In this document: positions 13,709 through 26,371 of the stretch, in pieces
How positions within the stretch are numbered: position 1 is the stretch's first letter
Layout of the letters: the number at the start of each line of letters is the position of its first letter
Source of the DNA: a bacterium
GTDB taxonomy: Bacteria > UBA8248
DNA: 64,000 nt
Assembly: GCA_965199855.1 (NCBI GenBank)
Contig: OZ241326.1
Coordinates: 2,211,908-2,275,907, forward strand
Direction of reading: 5' to 3'
Notes under the pieces: model-generated
What the model saw: only the letters and a program-made list of their open reading frames with translations
Database searches by the model: none
Told to the model about the DNA's origin: nothing
Program-made: the position numbers and the translations under genes

Positions 13709-13952
13709 TCGGACGCGGAATTTTCGGAGGAAGCGTCCGGTTTTCGGCGCGGCCGCCGCTCCGCAAGCCTCGAAAAGGCGCGGTTCGCCCCGCCCGGCTC
13801 CGCTTTGCTGGCCATGCCCGCCGCCTACGCGCCGGGAGGCTTCCGTCCCGCGCGCGCCGCCTCCGCCTGATTGACATTCGGGCGTGGTGTCGTAATCTGC
13901 GGGGCGTTTCGGGGCTACACGGGAGCGGACGAACGGACGGCGGGGAGCGGAC

Positions 13953-14603
13953 ATGAAGATTTTCATCGATACGGCGAGTCTGGAGGAAATCGAGGAGGCG
14001 GCCTCCACCGGCATCCTGGACGGCGTGACGACGAACCCCTCGCTCATCGCGAAGGAAGGCGCCGACCACCACGCGAGAATCAGGGAAATCTGCGGGCTGG
14101 TGGACGGGCCGGTGAGCGCGGAGGTGATCGCCGTGAAGTGGGAGGAGATGGTCGAGGAGGGGCGGGCGCTGGCCGCCATCCACGAGAACGTGGTGGTGAA
14201 GGTTCCGGTGGGCGTGGAGGGGCTGCGCGCCGTCAAGGCGCTGCGCGAGGAGAGCGTCGACACGAACGTCACCCTCATCTTCAGCCCCGCCCAGGCCATG
14301 CTGGCGGCGAAGGCGGGCGCCTCGTTCGTGAGTCCCTTCGTGGGGCGGCTGGACGACGTCTCAAACCCCGGCATGGAGATGGTGAGCGACATCGCCCGGA
14401 TTTTTCACAACTACGACTACGCCGCCCAGGTTCTGGTGGCGAGCGTGCGCTCGCCGATTCACCTGCTCGAGGCGGCGAAGATGGGGGCGGACGCGGCGAC
14501 GGTTCCCTTTCAGGTCATCGCCCAGCTGCTCAAGCATCCGCTGACGGATATCGGGCTGGAGAAATTCCTGGCGGACTGGCGCCGCGCCGGCGAGATGCGC
14601 TGA
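13953..14603 (+). CDS. tal: Transaldolase (short-form, subfamily 3B) / fructose-6-phosphate aldolase family
   Basis: 216 aa [16 protein letters not shown]...GVTTNPSL...TLIFSPAQA...[11 protein letters not shown]. This is near-colinear with the B. subtilis short Tal. Confidence 0.85.
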   Translation: MKIFIDTASLEEIEEAASTGILDGVTTNPSLIAKEGADHHARIREICGLVDGPVSAEVIAVKWEEMVEEGRALAAIHENVVVKVPVGVEGLRAVKALREESVDTNVTLIFSPAQAMLAAKAGASFVSPFVGRLDDVSNPGMEMVSDIARIFHNYDYAAQVLVASVRSPIHLLEAAKMGADAATVPFQVIAQLLKHPLTDIGLEKFLADWRRAGEMR

Positions 14604-14622
14604 CTTTCAGGGAGGTTCAGGG

Positions 14623-14853
14623 ATGATGCCGATGTATGAATTTCTGTGCGGAAGCTGCGAGAAGGATTTTGAGAAAATCGTGGCGTCCGTCGAGGCCGCC
14701 GACCGCGTGGAGTGTCCCGAATGCGGCTCGCGCGAGGCGCGCCGGAAACTCTCCCTGTTCGCCAAATCCGCATCGGGCGCCGCGGCCCAGGCCTCGGCCT
14801 TCAGCGGCTACTCCGCCGGCGGCGGCTGCGGCGGGGCGTGCTCGTGCCACTAG
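14623..14853 (+). CDS. FmdB-family zinc-ribbon protein
   Basis: 76 aa MYEFLCGSCEK...ECPECGS and a C-terminal Cys-rich tail, a two-CxxC zinc ribbon. Confidence 0.7.
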   Translation: MMPMYEFLCGSCEKDFEKIVASVEAADRVECPECGSREARRKLSLFAKSASGAAAQASAFSGYSAGGGCGGACSCH

Positions 14854-14937
14854 CCCCGCGGGGGCGCTGAATCCGCGCTTCCGCCGGGCCGATTCGCGCG
14901 CGATCCTTCGGGAATCTTTCAGCAGGGAGGAGAGACC

Positions 14938-16188
14938 ATGCCGCAAGAGGAGCAGGTCAGCGTCTTCGAGACCGCGAGCGCGCAGTTCGACGAGGCGGCG
15001 GCGCACGTCGATCTGGACGATGAGGTTCGCCACCTCCTCAAGACGCCCTTCCGCGAGGTGAAGGTAGAAATCCCCATCCGCAGGGACGACGGCTCTCTCG
15101 GCGTCTGGGAGGGATACCGCATCCAGTTCAACGGCGCGCGGGGGCCGTTCAAGGGCGGAATCCGCTACCACCACGAGGTGGACCCGGACGAGGTGCGCGG
15201 CCTCTCCGCGCTCATGGCGTGGAAGACGGCGCTCGTCAACATTCCGTTCGGGGGCGGCAAGGGCGGCATCTGCGTCAACGTGGGGGAGCTCAGCCGCTTC
15301 GAGCTGGAGCGGCTCACGAGAAAATACACCGCGCGCATCGGGCGCGTCCTGGGGCCCTACCGCGACATTCCCGCCCCCGACGTGAACACGAACGCGCAGG
15401 TGATGGCGTGGATTTTCGATGAATACAGCAGCCGCCACGGCTACGCGCCGGCCTGCGTCACGGGAAAGCCCGTGTCCATGGGCGGCTCCCCGGGGCGCGA
15501 GGCCGCCACCGGGCGGGGCGCCGTGATGGCGTTCGGGGAGGTCGCCAAAAAGGAGGGCTGGGAGCCCGCCACCATGACGGCGGCGATTCAGGGCTTCGGG
15601 AACGTGGGCGCCTTCGCCGCCAGGTTCATCGGCGATCTGGGGGTGAAGGTGGTGGCGATATCGGGCAGCCGGGGCGCCTGCTTCAACGGGGACGGCGTCG
15701 ACGTCGAGGCGGCCGCCGCCCACCGCAGGGAGCACGGGACGCTGGAGGGCCTCGCGGGAGCGGAGGAGATCACCAACGAGGAGCTTCTCGCCCTCGACGT
15801 GGACGTCCTGGTTCCGGCGGCTCTCGGCGGCGCGATTCACGCGGGCAACGCGGCGGACGTGAAGGCGCGCGTCATCGTGGAAGGGGCGAACGCTCCCGTA
15901 ACCGACCGGGGCGAGAAGACGCTGGCCGAGAGCGGCCGCGTCGTGGTGATACCCGACGTGCTGGCGAGCGCGGGCGGCGTCACGGTCTCCTACTTTGAAT
16001 GGGCGCAGAACATCCAGCAGTTCGCCTGGGACGAGGAGCGGGTGAACGCCGAGCTGGGCAGAATCATGGCGCGCGCCACGGCCGAGGTGCATGAGCTGGC
16101 GAAGGAGAAAGGCGTCTCGCTGCGCGCGGCGGCCTTCATCATCGCGATTGAAAGGGTGGCGGAGGCGGAGCGCCTTCGCGGCGTATAG
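14938..16188 (+). CDS. gdhA: Glutamate dehydrogenase (Glu/Leu/Phe/Val dehydrogenase family)
   Basis: 416 aa; PFGGGKGGI active-site motif, and GFGNVG NAD(P)-binding Rossmann motif. Confidence 0.9.
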   Translation: MPQEEQVSVFETASAQFDEAAAHVDLDDEVRHLLKTPFREVKVEIPIRRDDGSLGVWEGYRIQFNGARGPFKGGIRYHHEVDPDEVRGLSALMAWKTALVNIPFGGGKGGICVNVGELSRFELERLTRKYTARIGRVLGPYRDIPAPDVNTNAQVMAWIFDEYSSRHGYAPACVTGKPVSMGGSPGREAATGRGAVMAFGEVAKKEGWEPATMTAAIQGFGNVGAFAARFIGDLGVKVVAISGSRGACFNGDGVDVEAAAAHRREHGTLEGLAGAEEITNEELLALDVDVLVPAALGGAIHAGNAADVKARVIVEGANAPVTDRGEKTLAESGRVVVIPDVLASAGGVTVSYFEWAQNIQQFAWDEERVNAELGRIMARATAEVHELAKEKGVSLRAAAFIIAIERVAEAERLRGV

Positions 16189-16214
16189 CGTCCGCCGCCC
16201 CGCTGGAGCTTTCG

Positions 16215-17129
16215 TTGGCTGGTCTCGTCATAGACGCCCGGGGCATCGAAAAATCCTTCGGAACCCTCCGGGCCGTCGCCGGCGTCTCGCTCCAGGTGGA
16301 GCCCGGAGAGTGCTTCGGCATTCTGGGCCCCAACGGCGCGGGCAAAACCACGACAATCAAGATGCTGCACGGCGCCGTTCAGCCCGACGCGGGCGTCCTG
16401 CGGGTGCTCGGCCTCGACGTGGCGACCCAGAGCCGGCTCGTTCGGGAGGGGATGGGCGTCGTATCGCAGGAGGACACGCTGGACCGCGATTTGACGGTAT
16501 ATGAGAACCTCTGGGTCTATGCGGGATTTTTCGGCATCTCGAGGAAGGCGTCGCTCTCCCGCATCGAGCATCTGCTCGACTTCCTGCAGCTTCGGGAAAA
16601 GTGGGACTCGAAGATCAAGACCCTCTCGGGCGGAATGAAGCGCCGCCTCCACATCGCGCGCGCCCTGATCCATGAGCCGAAGTTCCTGATTCTGGACGAA
16701 CCCACCACGGGCCTCGATCCGCAGGCGAGGCATCTCGTCTGGCGCAGGCTCCGGGAGCTCGGCGACCGGGGGCTGACCATTCTTCTCACCACCCATTACA
16801 TGGAAGAGGCGGCGCGGATGTGCGATCGCATCGGCATCATGGACGGGGGGAGATTTCTTCTCGAAGGCGCGCCGCAGGCGCTGGTGCGCGAACATGTGGG
16901 CGATGAGGCGTATGAACTCAAGGGCGGCGCGCCGCGGGAACTGCTCGACTCCCTGAAAAGCCTCCACGTCGGCGCCGAGGTCGCCGCGGACAGGCTGTAT
17001 CTCTACAGCCGCAACGGAGCGGGGCTGATGGAGCGCCTGATCGCCTCGGGGCGGAAGGATTTTCTGAGAAGGCCCGCGACCCTGGAGGATTTGTTCCTGC
17101 GGCTCACGGGCAGGGAATTGAGGGATTGA
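16215..17129 (+). CDS. ABC transporter ATP-binding protein (NodI/ABC-2 export type)
   Basis: 304 aa; Walker A GPNGAGKTT, signature LSGGMKRRL, Walker B ILDEPT; TTG start. Confidence 0.85.
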   Translation: MAGLVIDARGIEKSFGTLRAVAGVSLQVEPGECFGILGPNGAGKTTTIKMLHGAVQPDAGVLRVLGLDVATQSRLVREGMGVVSQEDTLDRDLTVYENLWVYAGFFGISRKASLSRIEHLLDFLQLREKWDSKIKTLSGGMKRRLHIARALIHEPKFLILDEPTTGLDPQARHLVWRRLRELGDRGLTILLTTHYMEEAARMCDRIGIMDGGRFLLEGAPQALVREHVGDEAYELKGGAPRELLDSLKSLHVGAEVAADRLYLYSRNGAGLMERLIASGRKDFLRRPATLEDLFLRLTGRELRD

Positions 17130-17902
17130 CGCTCCTCCCCCAGGCTCCGAGCCGCCGCGCCCTCCGCGTCTGGGTTCGCCATCTGGTCTATTACCGCTCC
17201 TTCTATCTGGCGGAATGGGCGGGCAATCTGGGGGAGCACGTTCTGTGGCTCGTGGCGTTCGGCTACGGGCTGGGCAGGCTGGTGCCGAGCCTGGACGGCG
17301 TCTCATACGCGCAGTTCATCGGCCCCGGGCTGATGGTTTCCGTCGCGATGTGGAACGCGACGTATGAATCCACCTACGGCGCCTATTCGAGAATGCGGAT
17401 TCAGAACATCTACGAGTCCATGCTGATGGCCCCGCTCACGGTGGGCGACATCGTGCTGGGCGATCTTCTCTGGTGCGCGAGCCGCGCGCTGATCGGCTCG
17501 ACGCTGATGCTGCTCGTCCTGAGCCTGTTCGGGCTGGTCGGCTCGTGGTGGGCGGCGGCGATCCTTCCGGTTCTGTTCGTCGAGGCGGTGATGTTCGCGG
17601 CCCTGGGGCTGATCGCGACCTCGCTGGCGCCCAGCTTCTCGTTCTTCAACTTTTACTTCTCCGCCGTCGTCATGCCCATGTTTTTCTTCGCGGGCGCCCT
17701 GTTTCCCATCAAGGGCCTGCCGGCGTGGGTGGAGCGCATATCCGACGCCCTCCCGCTGACCCACGCCGTGAGAATCTCGCGCGGCCTGTTCCTTTACGGG
17801 CGGGTCGAGCATTTTCTCTGGCACTTTTCCTTCCTGCTCGGCTTCACGCTCCTGTTTCTCGCGGTCGCCTGCTTTCTGGTGGGCAGGCGCATGGCGGAAT
17901 GA
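17126..17902 (+). CDS. ABC-2 type transporter permease (NodJ-like)
   Basis: 258 aa with six predicted hydrophobic segments. It overlaps the upstream ATPase stop (TTGA). Confidence 0.7.
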   Translation: MTLLPQAPSRRALRVWVRHLVYYRSFYLAEWAGNLGEHVLWLVAFGYGLGRLVPSLDGVSYAQFIGPGLMVSVAMWNATYESTYGAYSRMRIQNIYESMLMAPLTVGDIVLGDLLWCASRALIGSTLMLLVLSLFGLVGSWWAAAILPVLFVEAVMFAALGLIATSLAPSFSFFNFYFSAVVMPMFFFAGALFPIKGLPAWVERISDALPLTHAVRISRGLFLYGRVEHFLWHFSFLLGFTLLFLAVACFLVGRRMAE

Positions 17903-18870
17903 GCGTGGGCGCCGCGGCGAAAATCCTGCATCCGCCGGAGCCGTTCCTGTTCCATGAGAGTCTGCTGCGCTTTCGCGCGTCGAGCGGGGAGCTCGTCAAT
18001 TCCTACGCGGACGGGGCGTATCGCAGGGTGGTGGAGACCGCCGCCGGCGCGCTGGTTCTCCTGGAGGCCAGGAGCGGGGAGGAGGGGCGAGGCGGCCCGA
18101 TTCGGCTTCAGATGACCGCCGAGGGACGGATGAGCGAATCGCTCCAAGGCGCGGGGCTGGACGCCATCAGGCACATTCTGGCTTTTGATCTCGATTTGAA
18201 GCCGTTTTACGGGATGGCGGGGCGCGACGCCGACCTGGCGCCGATTGCGAGGAAATTCAGGGGTCTCAGGCCGGTGCGCTACCCGAGCGCGTTCGAGGCG
18301 CTCGTTACGGCGATTACGGCGCAGCAGGTGAACCTGACCTTCGCCGGGACGATACGCGGGCGCATGGTGAAGCGATGGGGCGGAAAGCTGCGCGTCGGCG
18401 GACGGACGCGCTACGCCTTTCCGCGCCCGGAGCGCCTGGCGCGGGCGCGCGTCTCCACCCTGCGCGCCATGCAGTTCTCGGAGCGAAAGTCGGAATACGT
18501 GATTGGCGTGGCGCGCGCCGCCCTGGAAGGACGGCTGGACGAGGGCGAGCTGCGCGCTCTGCCCGTTGAGGAGGCGGTGGCCCGGCTCGCCGGAATACGG
18601 GGCGTGGGCCGCTGGACGGCGGAGCAGACGCTGTTTCGGGCGCTTGGCCGCGTGGAGGTTTTCCCCGGGGGCGACCTGGGGGTGCGGAAGGTCGTGGCGC
18701 GCTATTGCTTCGGAGAGGAGCGCGTGGACGAGGAGCGCGCGCGCGGGCGGGCGGACGCATGGCATCCCTGGGCTTCGCTGGCGACGACCTATCTGTTCGC
18801 CGCGTGGCGCGCGGGCGTTGCGCCCGCGGGCGAAGCGAAACGGCGCATCGGGAATCGGGCGCGCGGATGA
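17899..18870 (+). CDS. alkA: DNA-3-methyladenine glycosylase II (AlkA-like, HhH-GPD)
   Basis: Frame containing MSVGAAAKILHPPEPFLF...AFEALVTAITAQQVNL...GIRGVGRWTAEQTLF (HhH-GPD). The ATG at 17899 overlaps the permease stop. The upstream part of the track ORF 17473-18870 is antisense/out of context. Confidence 0.75.
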   Translation: MSVGAAAKILHPPEPFLFHESLLRFRASSGELVNSYADGAYRRVVETAAGALVLLEARSGEEGRGGPIRLQMTAEGRMSESLQGAGLDAIRHILAFDLDLKPFYGMAGRDADLAPIARKFRGLRPVRYPSAFEALVTAITAQQVNLTFAGTIRGRMVKRWGGKLRVGGRTRYAFPRPERLARARVSTLRAMQFSERKSEYVIGVARAALEGRLDEGELRALPVEEAVARLAGIRGVGRWTAEQTLFRALGRVEVFPGGDLGVRKVVARYCFGEERVDEERARGRADAWHPWASLATTYLFAAWRAGVAPAGEAKRRIGNRARG

Positions 18871-20015
18871 GCGGCTTTCGGGCCTCCATCGAACGGCGGG
18901 AAGAAGAGCTGCTGGCGCCCTGCGCGGCGCGCAGCGCCGAGAGTCTCGGGCGAAGGCACCCGGAAGCCGAGCACGGGATGCGGACGGCGTTTCAGCGCGA
19001 TCGCGACCGGATCATCCACACGCAGGCCTTCCGGAGGCTTGAATACAAGACCCAGGTCTTCGTGAACCACGAAGGGGACCATTACCGGACGCGCCTGACG
19101 CACACCATAGAGGTGAGCCAGATCGCGCGCTCCATCGCCCGCGCGCTCTCCCTGAACGAAGACCTCGCCGAAGCGGTCGCGCTCGCGCACGATTTGGGCC
19201 ACCCCCCCTTCGGCCACGCCGGGGAGAAGGTTCTGGACGCCCTCATGGAGGAGCGCGGCGGGTTCGAGCACAACCTGCAGGCGCTGCGGATCGTCGAGGC
19301 GCTGGAGAGGCGCTACCCCGCCTTTCCGGGCCTGAACCTGACGTGGGAGACGCGCGAGGGAATCATCAAGTATCTGGATCGCTATGACGGCCCGATGCCC
19401 CGGGGGCTGACGAACGCGATCGCCCCCGGCCTGGAGGCCCAGGTGGTCGACGCGGCGGACGAGATCGCCTACAACAACCACGACCTGGACGACGGCCTCT
19501 CCTCCCGGCTGTTCGGCCTTGAAGACTTGCGGGACGCCCGCCTTTGGCGCGAACACCACGAAAACTCGAAGAAAGCCTTTCCCGAAGCTCCCCGGCGGGA
19601 GCGCAAGCACGACGTCATCCGCCGCATCATCAACGCGCAGGTTCAGGACATCATCGCGTCCGCGCGCGAGCGCGTTCGGCGCCGGGGGCTGCGCCGCATC
19701 TCGGACGTGCGGGAAGGCGGGCATGACGCGGTTGTCTTCAGCGAGGAGATGCGCGGGAAGAACGCCGAGCTCAAGCGCTTCCTGATGGAGCGGATGTACC
19801 GGAACGAGCGGGTGCTGAGACTGGAGGAAAGCGCCCGGGAAACGCTGAGCGGGCTGTTTCGCCTCTACGTCGCCGAGCCTCGCAGGATACCGGAGCACGC
19901 CCGCAGGCGCGAGGAAACGGACGGCCGGCATCGAATGGTCTGCGACTACGTCGCCGGCATGACGGACCGCTACGCCCTCCAGCAGCACGAGCGGTGGCTG
20001 GGCGCCGGCGCGTAG
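18867..20015 (+). CDS. dgt: dGTPase-like deoxynucleoside triphosphate triphosphohydrolase (HD domain)
   Basis: MSGFRASIERREEELLAPCAARSAES...RTRLTHTIEVSQIARSIA...HDLGHPPFGH. The ATG at 18867 overlaps the alkA stop (ATGA). The stop codon lies inside IR arm B. Confidence 0.8.
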   Translation: MSGFRASIERREEELLAPCAARSAESLGRRHPEAEHGMRTAFQRDRDRIIHTQAFRRLEYKTQVFVNHEGDHYRTRLTHTIEVSQIARSIARALSLNEDLAEAVALAHDLGHPPFGHAGEKVLDALMEERGGFEHNLQALRIVEALERRYPAFPGLNLTWETREGIIKYLDRYDGPMPRGLTNAIAPGLEAQVVDAADEIAYNNHDLDDGLSSRLFGLEDLRDARLWREHHENSKKAFPEAPRRERKHDVIRRIINAQVQDIIASARERVRRRGLRRISDVREGGHDAVVFSEEMRGKNAELKRFLMERMYRNERVLRLEESARETLSGLFRLYVAEPRRIPEHARRREETDGRHRMVCDYVAGMTDRYALQQHERWLGAGA

Positions 20016-20727
20016 GCGGCGGGCATGGCCAGCAAAGCGGAGCCGGGCGGGGCGAACCGCGCCTTTTCGAGGCTTGCGGAGCGGCGGCCGCGCCGAAAAC
20101 CGGACGCTTCCTCCGAAAATTCCGCGTCCGAATTGTTCCACGTGGAACAATCGCGCGCGCCTGCCCGCATTTGCGCGCATCTGCGCTTCCGCGGGGGCGG
20201 CCGGGTCGGGTTATATTTCCGGCGTGGGGGAATTGCGCCTCCGGAGGGAAGGAAGACGGAAGAATCGGGGACCGGGCGGGATGGTCAAAGGGGTCTCTAA
20301 AAAGGTGGAAAACAGCTCTCTATTTGCGGGATAAGGCCGTGAATTTGTCTGATTTTGCAGAAATTCGTAGACATTCACGCGCGGCTTTTCGGCGAGCGGG
20401 CGGTTCTTCTCCAAACGCCCGGGGAAACGCCTCCGCCCGGCGAATTTTCCCGCGCGGGCGGCTCCCGAATTGTCGGGCGACCCAGGGGGGCGTCCCTATG
20501 GGTGAGGGCGGCTACGGTTCCCGTAGGGGCGGTTCGTGAACCGCCCGCGCGTGGCCACCGATCGAAACGGGACGCATGAATGCGTCCCCTACGGTCGAGG
20601 CAACCGGTTTTCCGGGGGCGGGCGGCGATCCCGCCTTCGTAGGGGGCGCATTCATGCGCCCCGCCCGTCCTTCGGCATGGGGCCGCGGGTTTCATCATTT
20701 CGCAGGAACAACCCCCTGTGGTTGTCC
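20005..20727. repeat. Inverted repeat arm B (reverse complement of 13113-13835)
   Basis: See arm A. It contains the palindrome at 20132-20151 and a REP-like hairpin array at about 20380-20760. Confidence 0.85.
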
Positions 20728-20760
20728 TTCGCCGCGTTCGCCAGTCCGGGCGTTTCCCCC

Positions 20761-21042
20761 TTACCCGAACCGCCCGGCATTCAGCCGCCAATAGACCTCC
20801 GTCCCCTTGAGCGCGGCGTTCTCTTTGGCGTGATGCCACGGCGTCTTGCCCTCTTTATCCTCCGCCGCGGGATCGGCTCCGGCGGCGAGCAACGCTTCCG
20901 CGACCGCGGGGGTTTTGCTGAACTTCGCCGCCGCCACATGCAGGGGCGTCCGTCCATCCTTGATCCGCGCGTTCGGGTTCGCCCCGGCGGCGAGCAAGCC
21001 TCCTCCGCCGCCCGCTCCCCCGCCGAAGAAGAAGTAAGGCAT
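20761..21042 (-). CDS. Small ankyrin-repeat protein
   Basis: 93 aa with ANK-like DGRTPLHVAAAKF..ALLAAGADPAAEDKEGKTPWHHA. Confidence 0.5.
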   Translation of the reverse strand: MPYFFFGGGAGGGGGLLAAGANPNARIKDGRTPLHVAAAKFSKTPAVAEALLAAGADPAAEDKEGKTPWHHAKENAALKGTEVYWRLNAGRFG

Positions 21043-21084
21043 CCGGTTCGGGAGGCTGAAGGGAGGAAGAACGCCCCCGCCCCC

Positions 21085-21345
21085 CTACTCCTCCGGCGGG
21101 CCGCCCCTTCGGGCGAACTTCTCCGCGCAGGCGCCGCTGCAGAAGGCGCGCCTGCCGCCGCCCGCCCGTCTGGAGACGCCCATGCGGGAGGGGAAGAAGG
21201 TCGCGCATTCGGGGCAGTTCAGCATTTCGTCGTCCACGTCCTCCCCCGCTTCGGGGGCGACCGCGCTCCCCGCGCCGGCGAACAGGCCGCGGACGAGGCG
21301 GTAAATCCCCCAGGCCACCGCCATATAGAGCAGAAGTCGAAGCAT
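21085..21345 (-). CDS. Small membrane-anchored zinc-ribbon protein (hypothetical)
   Basis: 86 aa; N-terminal TM helix MLRLLLYMAVAWGIYRLV; C-terminal CPEC...CSGAC. Confidence 0.4.
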   Translation of the reverse strand: MLRLLLYMAVAWGIYRLVRGLFAGAGSAVAPEAGEDVDDEMLNCPECATFFPSRMGVSRRAGGGRRAFCSGACAEKFARRGGPPEE

Positions 21346-21475
21346 GGGCCTCAGCCTCGCCGCTTCTTCCGGGAACGGGGAGATTTCATCGCGCGTCCCG
21401 GCGTCCTCGGGCGGGCGGGGCCGCTCCGCGCGCGCTCCCTGAAAGGCGTTCGCCCCGGAAACTCCGGAAACCCTC

Positions 21476-21921
21476 TCATCGATACGTCTTTCCGCGATGG
21501 CGTATCCAGCCGCCCGCGCGCCCGCCCCTCGGGTCCCGGTGCGTCCAGTGGAGAACCCCGCCCTTGCGGTTCCACTCGTAGAGACCGCGCATCACCACCT
21601 CGCTGCCCGCTTCCACCGGAACGCGGGGCGCCAGGTCGATGTTGTGCGCGGCGAGCAGGGTATGTCCGTCGGCAAGGCGCACGATGAAGCGCTGGTGCCG
21701 CCTCCCCCGGAGGTCGTCCTTCAAGATTCTGACGACCTCCCCGCGCGCGGTGAGCCAGACGCGCGAGCGGCGCGCCTCGAAGAGCGCGCGGGCGCGGGAG
21801 ACTTCGCGCGCGGCGGGCGCGGCGGGAGGCTCGGCCGCCCGGGCGGGGTGAAGCGCGGCCGCCGACGCGAGAGCGAAGAGCAGGAGGCGCGCGGCGAGGC
21901 GGCCGGGGCTCGGAGGCGCCC

Positions 21922-21925
<4 letters not shown>
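21476..21925 (-). CDS. Secreted DUF3465-like protein
   Basis: 149 aa with signal peptide. The start overlaps the carB stop (ATGA). Confidence 0.4.
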
Positions 21926-25173
<3,248 letters not shown>

Positions 25174-25279
25174 GGGCTACCTCCCCCCGGCCGGAGAGGA
25201 CGCGGAAGCCTCCCCGCCCGGAAGAGGCCTTCCCCGCCCCGGCTTCGTCGAACCCGCGCGCGTCCGCCCGCCCACGGGC

Positions 25280-26371
25280 TCACTCCCCCACGCAGAAGCT
25301 GAAGAATTCGTCGAACAGCGCGCCCGCGTCATGCGGGCCGGGGCGGGCCTCGGGGTGATACTGCACGCTGAAGACTTTGGGGGCGTCCGAGCGAAGCCCC
25401 TCGCAGGTTCCGTCGTTCAGGGAGGAATGCGTGACGGCGACGCCCGCCGGCAGGCTTTCGGGGTCCACGGCGAAGGAGTGGTTCTGGGAGGTGATGGCCA
25501 CCTTCCGCGTGGCCGCGTCCCGGACGGGGTGGTTCGCCCCGTGGTGGCCGAACTTGAGCTTGTAGGTTCTGCCGCCCAGCGCCCGGGCGAGGATTTGATG
25601 CCCCAGGCAGATGCCCACGACGGGAACCCGGCCGATGATGCGCCGCGCGCTCTCGACGACGTAGCCGAGGGCGGCGGGGTCTCCCGGGCCGTTCGAGAGG
25701 AAAACGGCCGCGGGCCTCCTCGCCAGGACGCTGTCCGCCTCCTCGGAGGCCGGCACGACCTCCAGGTCGAACCTTCGGCTGAGCTCCCGGAAGATGTTGT
25801 CCTTCGCGCCCAGGTCGTAGGCCACGCAGAGCGGGCGGCCCCTTCTCTCGCCGTAGGCGCGCGCGGCGGCGCAGGTCACGTCCTTCACCAGGTCGCGCCC
25901 GTCCAGCCCGGGGCTCTCCCTGGCGCGCCTGACGAGGCCGTCCTCGTCCGGCTCCCGCGTGGAGAGCGCGGCGCGCAGGGCGCCCGCCTCCCGGATGTGG
26001 CGCGTGAGCGCGCGGGTGTCCACGCCCTCGATGCCGGGGACGCCCTCCCTCTTCAGGTAGGCGTCCAGGCTCTCGCTCGCCCGGAAGTTGCTGTGCCGCC
26101 GGCAGACCTCCTTCACGATGAACGCCTCGACCCAGACGCGGCGGGATTCCCCGTCGCCCGGAATGACGCCGTAGTTCCCGACGTGGGGATAGGTCATCAC
26201 CACCATCTGGCCGCGGTAGGAGGGATCGGTGAGCGTCTCCTGATAGCCCGTCATCGCCGTGTTGAAGACGAGCTCGCCCTCGGCGTCCGCCTCCGCCCCG
26301 AAGCCCGCGCCCCGGAAGACCCTGCCGTCCTCCAGCGCCAGGAGCGCCGGCCTGGCTTTTCGCCCCCTCAT
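25280..26371 (-). CDS. carA: Carbamoyl-phosphate synthase small subunit (glutamine amidotransferase)
   Basis: C-terminal 363 aa of the merged ORF, from MRGRKARPALLALEDGRVF...GICLGHQ (GATase Cys). The ATG at 26369-26371 overlaps the pyrC stop. Confidence 0.9.
   Translation of the reverse strand: MRGRKARPALLALEDGRVFRGAGFGAEADAEGELVFNTAMTGYQETLTDPSYRGQMVVMTYPHVGNYGVIPGDGESRRVWVEAFIVKEVCRRHSNFRASESLDAYLKREGVPGIEGVDTRALTRHIREAGALRAALSTREPDEDGLVRRARESPGLDGRDLVKDVTCAAARAYGERRGRPLCVAYDLGAKDNIFRELSRRFDLEVVPASEEADSVLARRPAAVFLSNGPGDPAALGYVVESARRIIGRVPVVGICLGHQILARALGGRTYKLKFGHHGANHPVRDAATRKVAITSQNHSFAVDPESLPAGVAVTHSSLNDGTCEGLRSDAPKVFSVQYHPEARPGPHDAGALFDEFFSFCVGE

Larger units (their letters stand above)
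13113..13835. repeat. Inverted repeat arm A (about 723 bp, essentially identical to the reverse complement of 20005-20727); contains REP-like hairpins, an AT-richer conserved block and a 20-bp palindrome
   Basis: Identical spurious ORF translations occur on opposite strands (13261-13485(-) = 20355-20579(+); 13426-13629(+) = 20211-20414(-); 13540-13815(-) = 20025-20300(+)). Boundaries were found by direct sequence comparison. The right boundary falls 10 bp inside the dgt stop in arm B. Confidence 0.85.

Noticed and set aside
13056-13870. Multiple 60-110 aa ORFs duplicated on opposite strands in both IR arms (for example 13426-13629, 13540-13815, 13261-13485 and their mirror images)
   Set aside because: Their identity reflects the DNA inverted repeat. 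The translations are Arg/Gly/Pro-rich with no start-context or domain. The region is better explained as non-coding repeat/regulatory DNA.
17473-18870. 465-aa ORF starting at 17473
   Set aside because: The first 142 codons overlap the ABC permease in another frame and are low-complexity. The alkA-homologous part begins at the ATG at 17899.
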